A stretch of DNA of 64,000 nucleotides from Lama glama (Eukaryota), in contig CM052818.1 in assembly GCA_028534125.1 (NCBI GenBank), forward strand, positions 14,944,001 to 15,008,000. The letters are read 5' to 3'. Positions 14,095-25,500 of the stretch are shown here, one piece after another (position 1 is the first letter of the stretch; each line of letters starts with the position of its first letter). The position numbers were made by a program, and so were the translations under genes. Under the pieces are notes generated by a model, which had not been told where the DNA came from, did no database searches, and saw nothing but the letters and a program-made list of their open reading frames with translations.

Positions 14095-16994
14095 CCCAGA
14101 GAGGCCAGAGAGTCCGACGTAAACTGCTTTTGCTTCTGATACAAATTGATTGTTTTTTAATTTTTTGAGAACAGTAGTAGATCAAAACTTAACGATTCAC
14201 CCGAACAGTTGGCACTTAGGATTTTCTTTTGTCTGATGTGTTAGCATCTGTTGATTTGCTTTGTGTTTTCTTAACAATTTAATAATTGATGTAAAAGTTT
14301 ATTATTTAGTTTCTTACCCGGATCTGTGCTCCAGCCTTTTGTACTAAACTTTTAAATAGATGCCAGGGAACGATCATGCTACCGTATTAAAGCTGGGAAT
14401 GAACTGATGATCATTCGAGTCAGTGTTCTGGATCTTCAAAGTAAATACGAGTTGGATTTTTTTTTAAAGAATGTGAAGGTATTGTCTTTACTGTGTTATT
14501 TTTATTGAATTGTAAATTTTGATTGAAGTGTTGAAATGGGGAACAATATGCTTGTTTTGGTAGCAGGCTTACTGGAACAAATAATACATTGTTAAAGCAG
14601 AAAATCAGAAATGTATTGTCTAAAACTATCCTTACCAAAAAAACACAAGCATTAGGTACTTTCCTTGCATACGACAGTCAACCAAGAATACAGTATTGTG
14701 ATTATTACCATTTCTTGTTAGAGACATTATTACTTTGTGTCAATTAAGTAGCTATATAGTTCTTTTGAAAAGAAAGCAATTTTTGCTTGCTAAAAATGAA
14801 TTGTTCTATTTTGGAATGATCTGATCCAAGAATCCTAGTGAAGAGGACTGCATCTGCAGCAGAGGGATGCTCTTCCTGGGAGAGTCATCTCACCAGGGTG
14901 CTGCTCTCTGGGAAGCGGGCTAGGCTCTTGTATGTGTGAGGTGGTCATGGTTATTGCCTGAGAAGGCATAGGGATGAGATGGGGGTGTTTCGATTCATGC
15001 TTTCCTTCTGTGTAAGAATGGTGGTTAACAACCTGACAAAGAGTACCTAAGTAACTACTTAGAAATAATTCTTTGGTCTTTGTTTATATATCACTATATT
15101 AGACAAATTCTTAACATGACCTGTTGTCAGACTAAGTGCGCTAATTCTCTCCCATTAATCTTAAACTGGAAATGGGCAGTAAGGCAAAACAGATGAAGTA
15201 TTTGTACACCGAAAACTAATTTTATTATATACTCTGTGATTCCTAGGATAACAACTGTCAACTTATATTTTTATGTAAAAATATTTTCATTATAAGGTTA
15301 GCATTTGAACTCTGTACAGTTTTGGAACTGTAACTTTTAGACATGATGAGCATCAAGATACAAAAGCTATCTTTATAAATTGTTATATCCAAGAACTGTT
15401 TGCAAATTGGAAGGCCCTTTGTCCCTTTGGATGGAAGGTGTTCAATTTATAGCATCCTCTCCCAGGCTGTCCCCAAATCCAGAGGTCATGGGAGGCATGG
15501 AGAAGACAGGTGATGCTCAACTAGAACCATGCTCAGCCTCATCTAATAATGCTTACCTTCCCATATCAACCAGTCATTTCTATTTCTGAGGTTTAAGTAT
15601 AAGATAGGGGTTTTATTTTGTTTTTAAATTCACCTTTTAGGACTCTCCTCTTACCTTCCTTCTCGCCCTTTTGTCCTTTATTTTTGCTATTCAGTTTTAT
15701 AACAGAAAAGAACATATCCACTCTCTCATTTTTTTTTGTAATTGAATGCTATTTTTGGAAGTCACTATGACCTATTTCAATTGTGCTTTTATATTTTTAA
15801 TACAACACTTTTCATTTATTAATATTCCCATGAGATAGGTTAGTATATTACCTCTTTTTAATGAAGAATTCAGAAATCTAATATTCTCTCCCAAGATCAT
15901 TGGAAGACTTGAGGTAAATCAGGAACTAGACTTTTGTCTAAACTCAGAACCTGGTGTTTATTTCAATAAGCCAAACAGCTTCATAAGTAATAATATTAAT
16001 CAAGAAGATATTTCACACTTTTTAAAGCCTGTCTCTCTTTTTTGGCCAGGCATTTTAAATGTGACTCAATAAAATATTTTTTTAAAAAGTAGTTTCTACT
16101 TAATTGTTAAATTAACAATGACAGGTTTCCTGTGTGACCTTCACATTTGAGACGACTTGCCCCATCTTTGGGAGCTAAAAGTTACAGCATAAAGAAAACT
16201 AAGCATGTGCATATGACGTACTGAGTCTCTTTATGCTCATCAAGAAATTATTAACTTGCATGACATGTACAGTGGGCTAGATTATTCACCTTCCTCTGTA
16301 TCTGTCTCTGTCTCTCTGACTGTGTGTGGATATATGTAGATGTGGAGACTGAGGCAGATATGTATTACTTGTCTCTTCATAAGTGATATATGTCTCTCTA
16401 TACCGATATCTATATGGAGGTAAAGCTATAGATAGACATATGTAACTTCTCCATAAGGGCTAAAATGAGAACTTTTATAAAAGTATTGAGAATTCAGTTG
16501 ACTTTGACTAATTAGCAGGGTATATTAATTAGTTCTATTGATGCTTTACTGTGATGCAAAATATGTGATGTATTCAAACATTTTATAATTGTTCTGATGT
16601 TAACCGTTAGGTCAGATTTGTATTTCTGACGCTTTTAATGTTCTTTTAAACTAATGTTTGGAAAATAAAAATACTGAAAATCCTAACATTTCTGAACATG
16701 AGACTGCAGTACTCTTATTTCCTGTCTAATCATTTAAAAACCATCAGAGAATAGCCAGTGTTGAAGCTGGGAGAGAGTAATTTTCCTTGAAAGATGAAAT
16801 AACTTGTTTGCCCACATTTTGTAGCAGGCAGTAAGGCTCAGAATAACCAAGAATAAGTAGCTCCAAAGGTTAAATATTTACTAAACAAAGTTTCTCACCC
16901 AGCGGGAAAAGTCCGGACATTTAAAAAACCTCTTTAAAATGAAATGAATCTGGAAGAAGATATGGAATTCTGGATATTTCAGTTTATCTGTTAA

Positions 16995-17420
16995 TCAGGG
17001 TTTGGTTCTAAGAATCAGAAAGCATTAATTTAAGCAGGAAAGGATTGAATACAGGAGATTAGATGGCTACTAACTCATTAGAATGCCAGGTCTCCAGGGA
17101 GGAGTCCACAGGAAGCACCCCCAGCCTGAGCAGCCAGCTGAGCTGCTCCTCCAGCCAGCAAGGGCCGAAGCCGGGACGCCTCCGGGGACTCTGTCTGAGT
17201 TCTAGGACACCTGTAGAAGTAGACACCCAGAGATCAGGAGGCCGCTGCCCTGCCACTGCCTCCACAACGAGCCCTCGTGACACCTCCAGAGCTAAGCGAC
17301 CGGAACATCAAAGTCCTGCTGCAGAAAACATTTGGCACTGGGCATGTAGTTGGCAGAACCCAATTTGCATTTATAACCCTAGCTTCTGGGAATCTGGTAA
17401 AGAACAGATACTGAGTTCCA
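16995..17420. mobile_element. Old MaLR LTR (MLT1-type)
   Basis: aatttaagcaggaaaggattgaatacaggagattagatggctactaactc...ttggcagaacc...ccctagcttctgggaatctggtaaa, typical of ancient MLT1 LTRs. Confidence 0.5.
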
Positions 17421-18404
17421 GTCCACCCTGTCTACAGTGGTTCGTCTTCCTGGTACTCAGCATTTACAGCCACTCCTTCAGCCATGTGTCCAAGCAACAG
17501 CAAGAGCCCCACTGTCCCACTTGAAATAATGCAGCTTCTCTCATTTAAACAAAAACCTGCTTCCTCTCCTCCAGAGGAAAGATGCAAAGTCCTGTCAACT
17601 ACTCTGCTTATTTCTCAGTGGTGTCTTCTAGTTCAGTCAAAAATCTCAACTTGATATTCTGTAACCTAAGGATGAAATTTTAGAGTTTACCACCAGCAAG
17701 TACGTCTTATAGAAAGTCACAGGGAAAACAGGGCAAGGACAGGAAATTGGTTGAAATGTTTCATAAGGAAGAAAATAAAGGAGCTAATAGAGACCTTACT
17801 TGCCTCTGATTAGGAGGCTGTGGTTGGTATTTTGTAACTTCCTTCCACCACTCTTTTATTTCCTTTATTTTTCAAACTAGATTTTCTGTTTATTGTTGAG
17901 GAATAGGAATACAATAGCTTACGTAAATTTTATGCCATTTTTATATTTAACCATAACCATTTTGCTAAATTCTCTCATTTCTGATAATGTATCTAAAGAA
18001 TATTTTGGGTTTCTATGTAGACAGCAATGTCATCTGCAAATAATAATAGTTTTGTTTCTTCCTTTGTAAGCCTTATACCTTCTCTTTTTCCTGTCTTCCA
18101 GGGTTGGCTAAAATTCGGTGTAATATTAAAATGAAGTTTTAGTAGCAGACGTTATTATTATTATTATACCCTCACCCCCCTCATTCCCTTTATTATTTAT
18201 TTATGCTTTCTCCTTTCAGCTTTTCTTGGTCCATCTTCCCAAATAGTGACAATGTTATCAGTCTTTCTAAAGAACCAACTCTTGCCTTTATTGATCCCTT
18301 GTATAGTATTTTTGTTTCCTTTCACTAATTTCTAGTCAAATTATTTCCTTCTTTCTGCTTCCTTGGGGTTCTTTCTATTTTTTCTAACTTTTTTTTAAGT
18401 TGTT

Positions 18405-18536
18405 GGGTTTTTTTTTTTTTGTAGTAAGGGGAGATAATTAGGTTTATTTATTTATTTTTAATGGAGGTACTGGGGATTAAACACAGGACCTCATGCATGC
18501 TAGGTGTGCACTCTATCACTGAGCTATACCCTCCCC
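18405..18536 (-). mobile_element. tRNA-derived SINE, Vic-1-like (camelid)
   Basis: Reverse complement GGGGAGGGTATAGCTCAGTGATAGAGTGCACACCTAGCATGCATGAGGTCCTGTGTTTAATCCCCAGTACCTCC...AAATAAATAAACCTAATTA; pol III A/B boxes, A-rich tail. Confidence 0.85.
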
Positions 18537-18679
18537 ACTCTGACTCCTTAGGTTTGATACTTAGCTCATTAATTTTCAGTTTTTCTCTTTTCTAATGTAA
18601 GCATGTTAAGTTATTAAAGTCTACGAATTTCCCTTGAAGAGAAGCTTTGCCTCCAACCCACAGATTTTGATATGGATTT

Positions 18680-19070
18680 GTATTAGCTGAAGCTGAGTTG
18701 TGCTGTGATAACCAGCAATTTCAACCCAATTTCTGTGTCACCACAACAAAAACCTATTTCTTACATGTTGACCGTGGCTCTACTCCATCCTAGGATCCAG
18801 GCTGAAGAAGCAGTTACCTGCACCATGCCAATCTCTGGCGGAAGGAATACAGTAGGGCCTTGTAGAAACTTCTGCTCAGAGGCAGCACACATCACACCAC
18901 TCACGTTTCACTGGCCAAAGCAAGTCAGATGGCCAAGCATGATGTCAAGATTTCAGAAATACAAATCTAACAGGTTGGGGCACTGTGAGATCATGACAAT
19001 GAGCTGGACTATATAATTCTTTCACAGGGTAGAGCAGAAACTATTTGGAATAGTAAGACAATTTACTGCT
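18680..19070 (-). mobile_element. MLT1I/J-like MaLR LTR
   Basis: tgtattagc...gtgctgtgataac...ggatccaggctgaagaagcag...cactggccaaagcaagtcagatggccaagc. Confidence 0.65.
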
Positions 19071-21478
19071 GTATTATTTTTATGATCATTTCATTCTAAA
19101 TATTTTCTAATTTGCATTACTGTTTTTTCTTTGGACTCACAAGTTATTTAGAAGTGATTCTCTTAACTTCCCAAAATTATATTTCAATGATTGATTTTTT
19201 AACTTAATAACATTGTGGCAAGTGAGATTTATACAGCTCCAACCCTTGAAAATTTATTTGAGATTTGCTTTATGCTCCCAGAAATGGACAGTTTGTGTCA
19301 GTGATTTGAGTATACTTGAAAAGAATATGTATTTTCTTATTGTTGGGTAAAATTTCTTCAAAGATCCATTAGTTTGAGTCTATTGATTGTGTAGTTCAAA
19401 TCTATATTCTTACTGATTTCCTTTTTTGTTTGTTTGTTTGCTTAGTCCTGAGGAAAGACAGTAGCAGAAATGCTTATACATACGTAGAAAGTATTCTGCT
19501 GGCACGTGGTGTGCATGGGTTCCCTGCAGAACAGTGTACAGAGGGATGAGAGAAATTGTTACTTGCTGGGTTGTTAAAGTAGAAGTCAGGAGAGTTTCTA
19601 TGGGAGTAGAATTATTAAAATATTATTAGATAATTCCTATTTTAAGAATTCAATAAAGAAGATTGTTGATATTACTCCAAATTCACTTCTGAAGCTTATT
19701 ACTATTTAAACATGCATTTGTACACAGTTGTTATCAGAATGTCCATGTTTTAGCCTCCGTTTTTTTCTGTTGAAATGATAACATCATCAAACTTTTGAAG
19801 AGCAGATTCATTTTATGAATACTATTGAAACTACTCCCAAACCTATATCTGTTCAAGGAAAGTGATGTAGAGGAAAACTGCCTCAAGGCAACCTAGCAAA
19901 TAAGAAAGAGCTGCAAATAGAGTGTTTCCTTACAGATTGCCTTTACAGCAGTTTTTTTAGGAGTCAAAACTGAATTGGCAATAGGAGTGTATCTCTCGGT
20001 AGTAGGTTTAAATTTAGAAACTCATCTAGTTGACCTAGAGACTTATTCTAGACAAGAGAATTTGTATCCTGCTTTGGGAATATTGTTAACCTTATCTGAT
20101 TAATCATCAGTTATCCACCTTTCTCTTAGGTGATAAAAGAGCGCTCCACGGTACTACAACATGCTGACATCCATTCTACAAGTTTTGACTGTGAAAATGC
20201 ACACATGCCGATAATAGCAGCAGCCATTGGGCTTAGATGATGGTAAGATATACCAACTGCAGAGAGGTTACAATGTGAAAAAAAATGCCTGTCTTAGAAT
20301 TGGTGATATATGGCATTTAGTATAACCTAGGGGAAAACAGAAAATTATGGTCTCTTGGTAAATAATTTAAGGATCCTTCTTTGAAACTAATACTTTGAAT
20401 AGTTCTTGGTTAGCAATCCTTTACATCTAGGAGCAAGGCCTCATAAGGTTCCGGGTGGGAATTATTTTGTAAAGTGGGAAGAGGGCAGTAATGAAAGGGC
20501 AGTGACCTTTCAGAGAAAAAGCAGCATGAGGTCCTAAAGAGGAAGACATAGTAGCTTCTCAAACAGCTCAGTCTTAGGGACCTGAAAACGAGCATCTATA
20601 AACCGGGTCCCTATTTCGTGCTCAGCACACCTTGGTGGGAAGCGCTCTGCCTTAGGCCACCAGTAGCCATCCTTGGGTGCTGGCCAGCTCAGGGCCGCAC
20701 CGGATCTGACTTTGGATTTCAGCTCATTCTTAAATAATTCTCCAGAATCTAGCCAGGCCAGGTTATGGAGCCTTCCTTTGAAGGCCATCCTCTTCATTCA
20801 CAGCTTAGTGGCAACAATACACAGAAACTAGTGGAATTTTTGACTCCCAGGGACAGGCTTTTTCTCTCTTATTCACTTAAAGGAGTTGTTGTTTATCTTC
20901 TCCTTTATGAAACAGGCCCACGGTCCCCTAAAAGGCAGGCAGCCGGAGGGGGAGGCGGGGGAAGGCTCCCCTCCTCCAGGGATCCAGGCTTTAGAGAGGC
21001 CAGGCCAAGACTGAGCTTCAAACCAGGGGCAAAGCAGCTGAGCTCCCGCAGGGGGCGGACTCTGCCTGGGCAGACGCCTGGGCACATGCTGCGATGTGTA
21101 CCTGTTAGCAACACCCGCCTGCCCGTGTGTGATGAGGCGCAGGTGAACCAGAAGTCCCTCCCAGGAGTGAAGACACGATGACCTCTTGAAGCCAGATGAG
21201 GTAGTTTTTGAGGGGATGGAGTAGGGAAAGGAGGAGCAGGAAGATAGGAAAATAGCTCCCTACTTCCTCCCACGTTCCCAAATACAGATCTGTAAGTTGG
21301 GAAGCAGGGGCTGGCAGCCACTGTGATACTCAGTCTTTCAATACCGCTTAAATGCTAATGACACTCAGTTTTCTCTTGGTCCTAACCTCTCCCTGAACTC
21401 CCTGCTGGTCTACGCAGTTCAACATCTCCACTGGGATATCTAATAGACATCTTAAATTTTAACATGTACAAAACTGAC

Positions 21479-21760
21479 TTTTTTTTAAAAACATTTTTTA
21501 TTGATTTATAATCATTGTACAATGTTGTGTCAAATTCCAGTGTAGAGCACAATTTGTCAGTTATACATGAACATATATATATATTCGTTGTCACATTTTT
21601 TTCTCTGTGAGCTACCATAAGATCTTCTGTATATTTCCCTGTGCTATACAGTATAATCTTGTTTATCTATTCTGCATTTTGAAATCCCAGTCAATCCCTT
21701 CCCACCCCCGTCCCCCTGGCAACCACAAGTTTGTATTCTATGTCTGTGAGTCTGTTTCTG
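21479..21760 (-). mobile_element. 5'-truncated lineage-specific L1 3'UTR
   Basis: poly-T then caatgttgtgtcaaattccagtgtagagcacaatt...ggcaaccacaagtttgtattctatgtctgtgagtctgtttctg; closely similar to 61065-61333. Confidence 0.85.
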
Positions 21761-22429
21761 CCTGCTTCCCACCAAACTTGTGCCTCCTGCTGCTTCACAT
21801 TCTCAGTAAGCGGCACTGCAGTTCCCAGCTGCCCAGTTCAGTCAGGTCCACTCTTTTTGGGCTCTTGCATACCGCATCTCATCTCCTTGAAAATATGCTC
21901 TGAATAAAACTGTTTCTCACCTCTCCCATCCCCGTCCCTTCCAGCCCACGCCCCCATCATCTCTCACCTGGGCTATTAAATCAGTCTCATAACTATTCTC
22001 CACCTTCCAGTCTTTCTCTCCCATTGTCTCCCCTCTGTGTGACTGTGACCTTTAAAGTAAATCCTATTTGTCCTTCTCCTGCTTAAAGCCTTCCAGTGGC
22101 TTTCCATCCCACTTAGAACAAAATCAGAAGCCCTCGCCATGGCCTGCTCGACCCTAGTGGGCTGCTCCCTGGTTTCCTCTGTCCCCATTTCCTTTCCTTT
22201 GTACTCTGCCTAATGTACTGGGGCTACACGGGCTTTCTGGCTGATTCTCACATGCCTGCATTCTGTCCCCATGTCAGGGAATCAATTCCCCCAGGAATGC
22301 TTCAGCACGAATGGTCTTCCCCAGGGGCCTTTCCTAGCTGCCATATTCAGCGTAACTGTCCACCCCATCACCATCTGTCCCTCTGCCATGCTTTATTTTC
22401 TTCATGGTTCTTAGCATTACCCAACATTG

Positions 22430-22820
22430 TACTACTGGACTAGTCTGCTCAGGCTGCCATAACAGAAGACCACAGACTAGGTGACCTAAATAACAGAAAT
22501 TAATTTTCTCACAACTTTGGAGGCTGGAAGTCCAAGATTGAGGTCGCACAAGATTGGTTTCGTGTGAGGCCTCTTTTTCTGGCTTGTGGAAGGCTGCCTT
22601 CGTGTTGTGTCCTCACATTGCCCCTTGTCTGTGCATGCATGGAGGGAGAGGGTGGGGCTCTCTGGTCTCTTCCCCTCCTTATAAGGACACCAGCTCCACC
22701 CTTGTGGCCTCATTAAACTAGATTACCTCTTTAAAGGACTTACCTCCAAATACAGTCACATTGGGGGTTAGAGCTTCAGATGTGAGTTTGGGGGAGTGTT
22801 GGCACAATTCAGTTCGTAAT
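22430..22820 (-). mobile_element. MLT1A-like MaLR LTR
   Basis: aggctgccataacagaagaccacagactaggtg...ggaggctggaagtccaagat...ctccaaatacagtcacattgggggttagagcttca. Confidence 0.85.
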
Positions 22821-24145
22821 AGTTACATATAATTGTTTACTGGTTGTCTCCCCACTAGAATAAAGCTCTAATAGGGCATAAACTTTGGTTTGTTCAACAT
22901 CATGTCCCTAGTACCTATCAGTCCTTGGCCCTGGTAGGCTTTCAGTGATGACTGCTGAATAAATGAATCATACAATAAGTGAATGAATGGCTAAAGCCTG
23001 GAAGTGATGTCAACCCAAATCTCTGGCTGGCTGGGTTACAATTGCCCCGAGTTTGTTACTTTTTGTATCCCTCTGTATATTCCCAGGACAATTATCAGCA
23101 GGACTCTAATGAAAGGGGATACGGTCTTGATTTAGGAGAACTACAAGGCCTTGTTTCTGTTTACCCAGTTAGGGGATCAGCTCTGAGGGCATCTTTTGCC
23201 AGGGGACCACCCTGGCTGCTCAAGAGCTGCCAGACAACCTGCATCCATTCTCACTGGAATCCTATGCCTCATTATGCTGCCGAGAACACTGAGGATGAAA
23301 GCAGACTCTTCAGCAACCACACGGGAAGTTAGAGGGGAAAAGAAGTAACTGGTTCTTGGAGGGAGAGAGGAGAGGATACAAGTTACTTTGAAGTAGATGA
23401 CAGTTTGAATAAAGGTGCAGATTTAGTGAAATTTTGCTTTCCGTGAGAAATAATTAACAGGCAATCTGTTTAGGTCCAATGCCTCAGAGGTTAATTTTAC
23501 CAAAGTAAAAATATCCCTTCATTGTTTAGGGGCAAGTGGGTGAATTTTCCCTCCTCTACCCCAGTAAAGAGGTAATTCTGATTTAAAAAAAATACACTTA
23601 GCTGGTTCCAAGATAAGTTCAGTTTGTTTCTCTGAGTTCCATTAATGTGAAGGTTTGCCCTTTTGACCCTTTCCCCAGCCTTCAGCTGCCAGTAGCATGC
23701 TGATGAGGGGGAGCTCTTTCAATTGTGGGAACCTTGATTTTCTTGCAAAGCCTGATGTTTTGCAAAATGTACCTTGTTCAGATGCCAGCTAGGCCTTAAA
23801 AAGTGGAGCAGTTCACAAAGAGTGCTTTATGCCTGTCTCCTGGGGCTGTGGCACTAGGCTAGGTTTCGTAACCTGTGTAAATGCTTCAGGTTCAGTTCGT
23901 TTCATATTTGACATTAGCAAGAGCTTACAAAAGCTTCTCGCTTGTCTGATTGGCTTTAGCAACAAAATATGTCAAAGAAATAGTAAGAACTGATTTTGTT
24001 AATATTATTCTGAGGAAATATATGACTGGGAATTGTGTTCTTCACAGAGAAACATAATGTTAGACACTTTCTTTGATGAGTTCAGAGGACTACAGAATTG
24101 GAGTGTTTTTGGATCGTGGAGCTGGAGATTGAAAATTTAATTCTT

Positions 24146-24298
24146 ATTGTTTGTTTGGCTTTTTTTGTTTGTTTGTTTTTATTTTGGGGGTAACTAGGTT
24201 TATTTACTTATTTATTTAATACAGGTACTGGGGATTGAACCTAGGACCTTGTGCATGCTAAGCATGCACTCTACCACTGAGCTATACCCTCTCCCACC
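24146..24298 (-). mobile_element. Vic-1-like tRNA-derived SINE
   Basis: Reverse complement GAGGGTATAGCTCAGTGGTAGAGTGCATGCTTAGCATGCACAAGGTCCTAGGTTCAATCCCCAGTACC; TSD AAATTTAATTCTT / AAATTTAATCCTT. Confidence 0.9.
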
Positions 24299-24873
24299 AA
24301 ATTTAATCCTTTTCTTAACCTTTGAGATCAGGGACTTGACTTCAATCACTGCATATAAGTGGGGGAAATAAAACACAATATGGAGACATAGACACTGTAC
24401 TCCTGTTAAGAAGGAGAAGCAACATATGGAACCAGGGGAAAGCAGTGTAAGGCAACAAAAAAATAATGAATGAAAGGAATCCAGATGGAACAAATTGACC
24501 ATTCTACTCCCTTTTCTTTCCCAACCATTGTAAAACTGAGGAAAATGTCTTTTCCTCTAAGCACAAAACACTGAAAAATAAGGACTGGTAGGAAACCTGT
24601 GGGAATTGGAGTAGTTGGGGAAGATTTTATAAGGTGTGTGTAAGAGAGGGTGAAGGTTCAGTCATTTATTCAGCAAATATTTGTTGAGTGTCAGTTTTAT
24701 ACAAGGTCTGAGGAGAAACAAATATAAGGTATATTCTTTACTCCAATAAATAAAAGATATAAAGGGATTATTTTTATCATTTAAATCATAAATACAATCT
24801 AGATCTAGATGAATTGCCTCTGCACTTGGCATTGTTTACCATCACAAGAAGATTATCAAAGAAGGTAGGATTT

Positions 24874-24987
24874 GGGGGTGGGGGTGGGGGTAGGGGTATA
24901 GCTCAGTGGTGGAACAAGTACACACGTGCTTAGTGTGCACAAGGCCTTGGGTTCAGTCCCCAGTACCTCCATTAAAAAAAAAAAAAA
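24874..24987 (+). mobile_element. Vic-1-like tRNA-derived SINE (short form)
   Basis: GGGGTATAGCTCAGTGGTGG...GGGTTCAGTCCCCAGTACCTCCATT + poly(A); TSD AGGTAGGATTTG / AAGTAGGGTTTG. Confidence 0.88.
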
Positions 24988-25269
24988 GTAGGGTTTGATG
25001 GCATTTAACTAAGCCCAAATTTCCAAGGTGACACACTAATCTTACTAGTGAACTTTCATTTGCCAGATTTGTGGGTTGCATTAGTTTAAGAAAAGTTAGT
25101 GGAGTCCCATGATAAAAATAATATGTAGAAAAAAAATGTTACAGTGTACCAGGACGAAATCAATCATTTCCCGCATTTTATACGACATTTTGCTGAGCCC
25201 TTCCGTGTGTTCTCTTCGAGATAACCAAGAGTGGTTCATGGGGCAGAAGATGTTTCTGTGAGTACAGAG

Positions 25270-25500
25270 CACTACAGCATATTATTCACAAACATGGACT
25301 CTGGAATCTGAACTGATTCAAATGCTGGCTCAGGCACCTGCAGTTTAGTTCAGCTCTTGGAGCCTCATTTTCCTTATCCGTGAGCTAAAGATAGTAAACC
25401 TACCTCCCAGGGTTGTGAACATAAGGTATCTGAAGGGTTTAGCATAGTGCCTACAGTTCAATAAATGTTCAGTAAGTGACAGCTATCATTTTTATTATCA
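25270..25500 (+). mobile_element. MIR SINE
   Basis: ggactctggaatctgaactgattcaaat...gagcctcattttccttatcc...cctacctcccagggttgtg...agcatagtgcct. Confidence 0.65.

Larger units (their letters stand above)
17900..19450 (-). mobile_element. Degenerate L1M fragment hosting a SINE and an MLT1 LTR
   Basis: ttgggtttctatgtagacagcaatgtcatctgcaaataataatagttttgtttcttcc; ctaaagaaccaactcttg; tatacttgaaaagaatatgtatttt. Confidence 0.65.
21380..22990 (+). mobile_element. L2 LINE 3' portion, split by L1 and MLT1A insertions
   Basis: acatctccactgggatatctaatagacatcttaaa; ctgcttaaagccttccagtggctttccat; tgtctccccactagaataaagctc...gaataaatgaat L2 end. Confidence 0.75.

Noticed and set aside
17063..17524. 153-aa ORF
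   Set aside because: Overlaps an old MaLR-like LTR; low-complexity composition
24212..24298. tRNA-like sequences here and at 18460, 24890 and 31690
   Set aside because: They carry SINE tails and, where visible, TSDs, and lack a proper cloverleaf; SINEs, not tRNA genes
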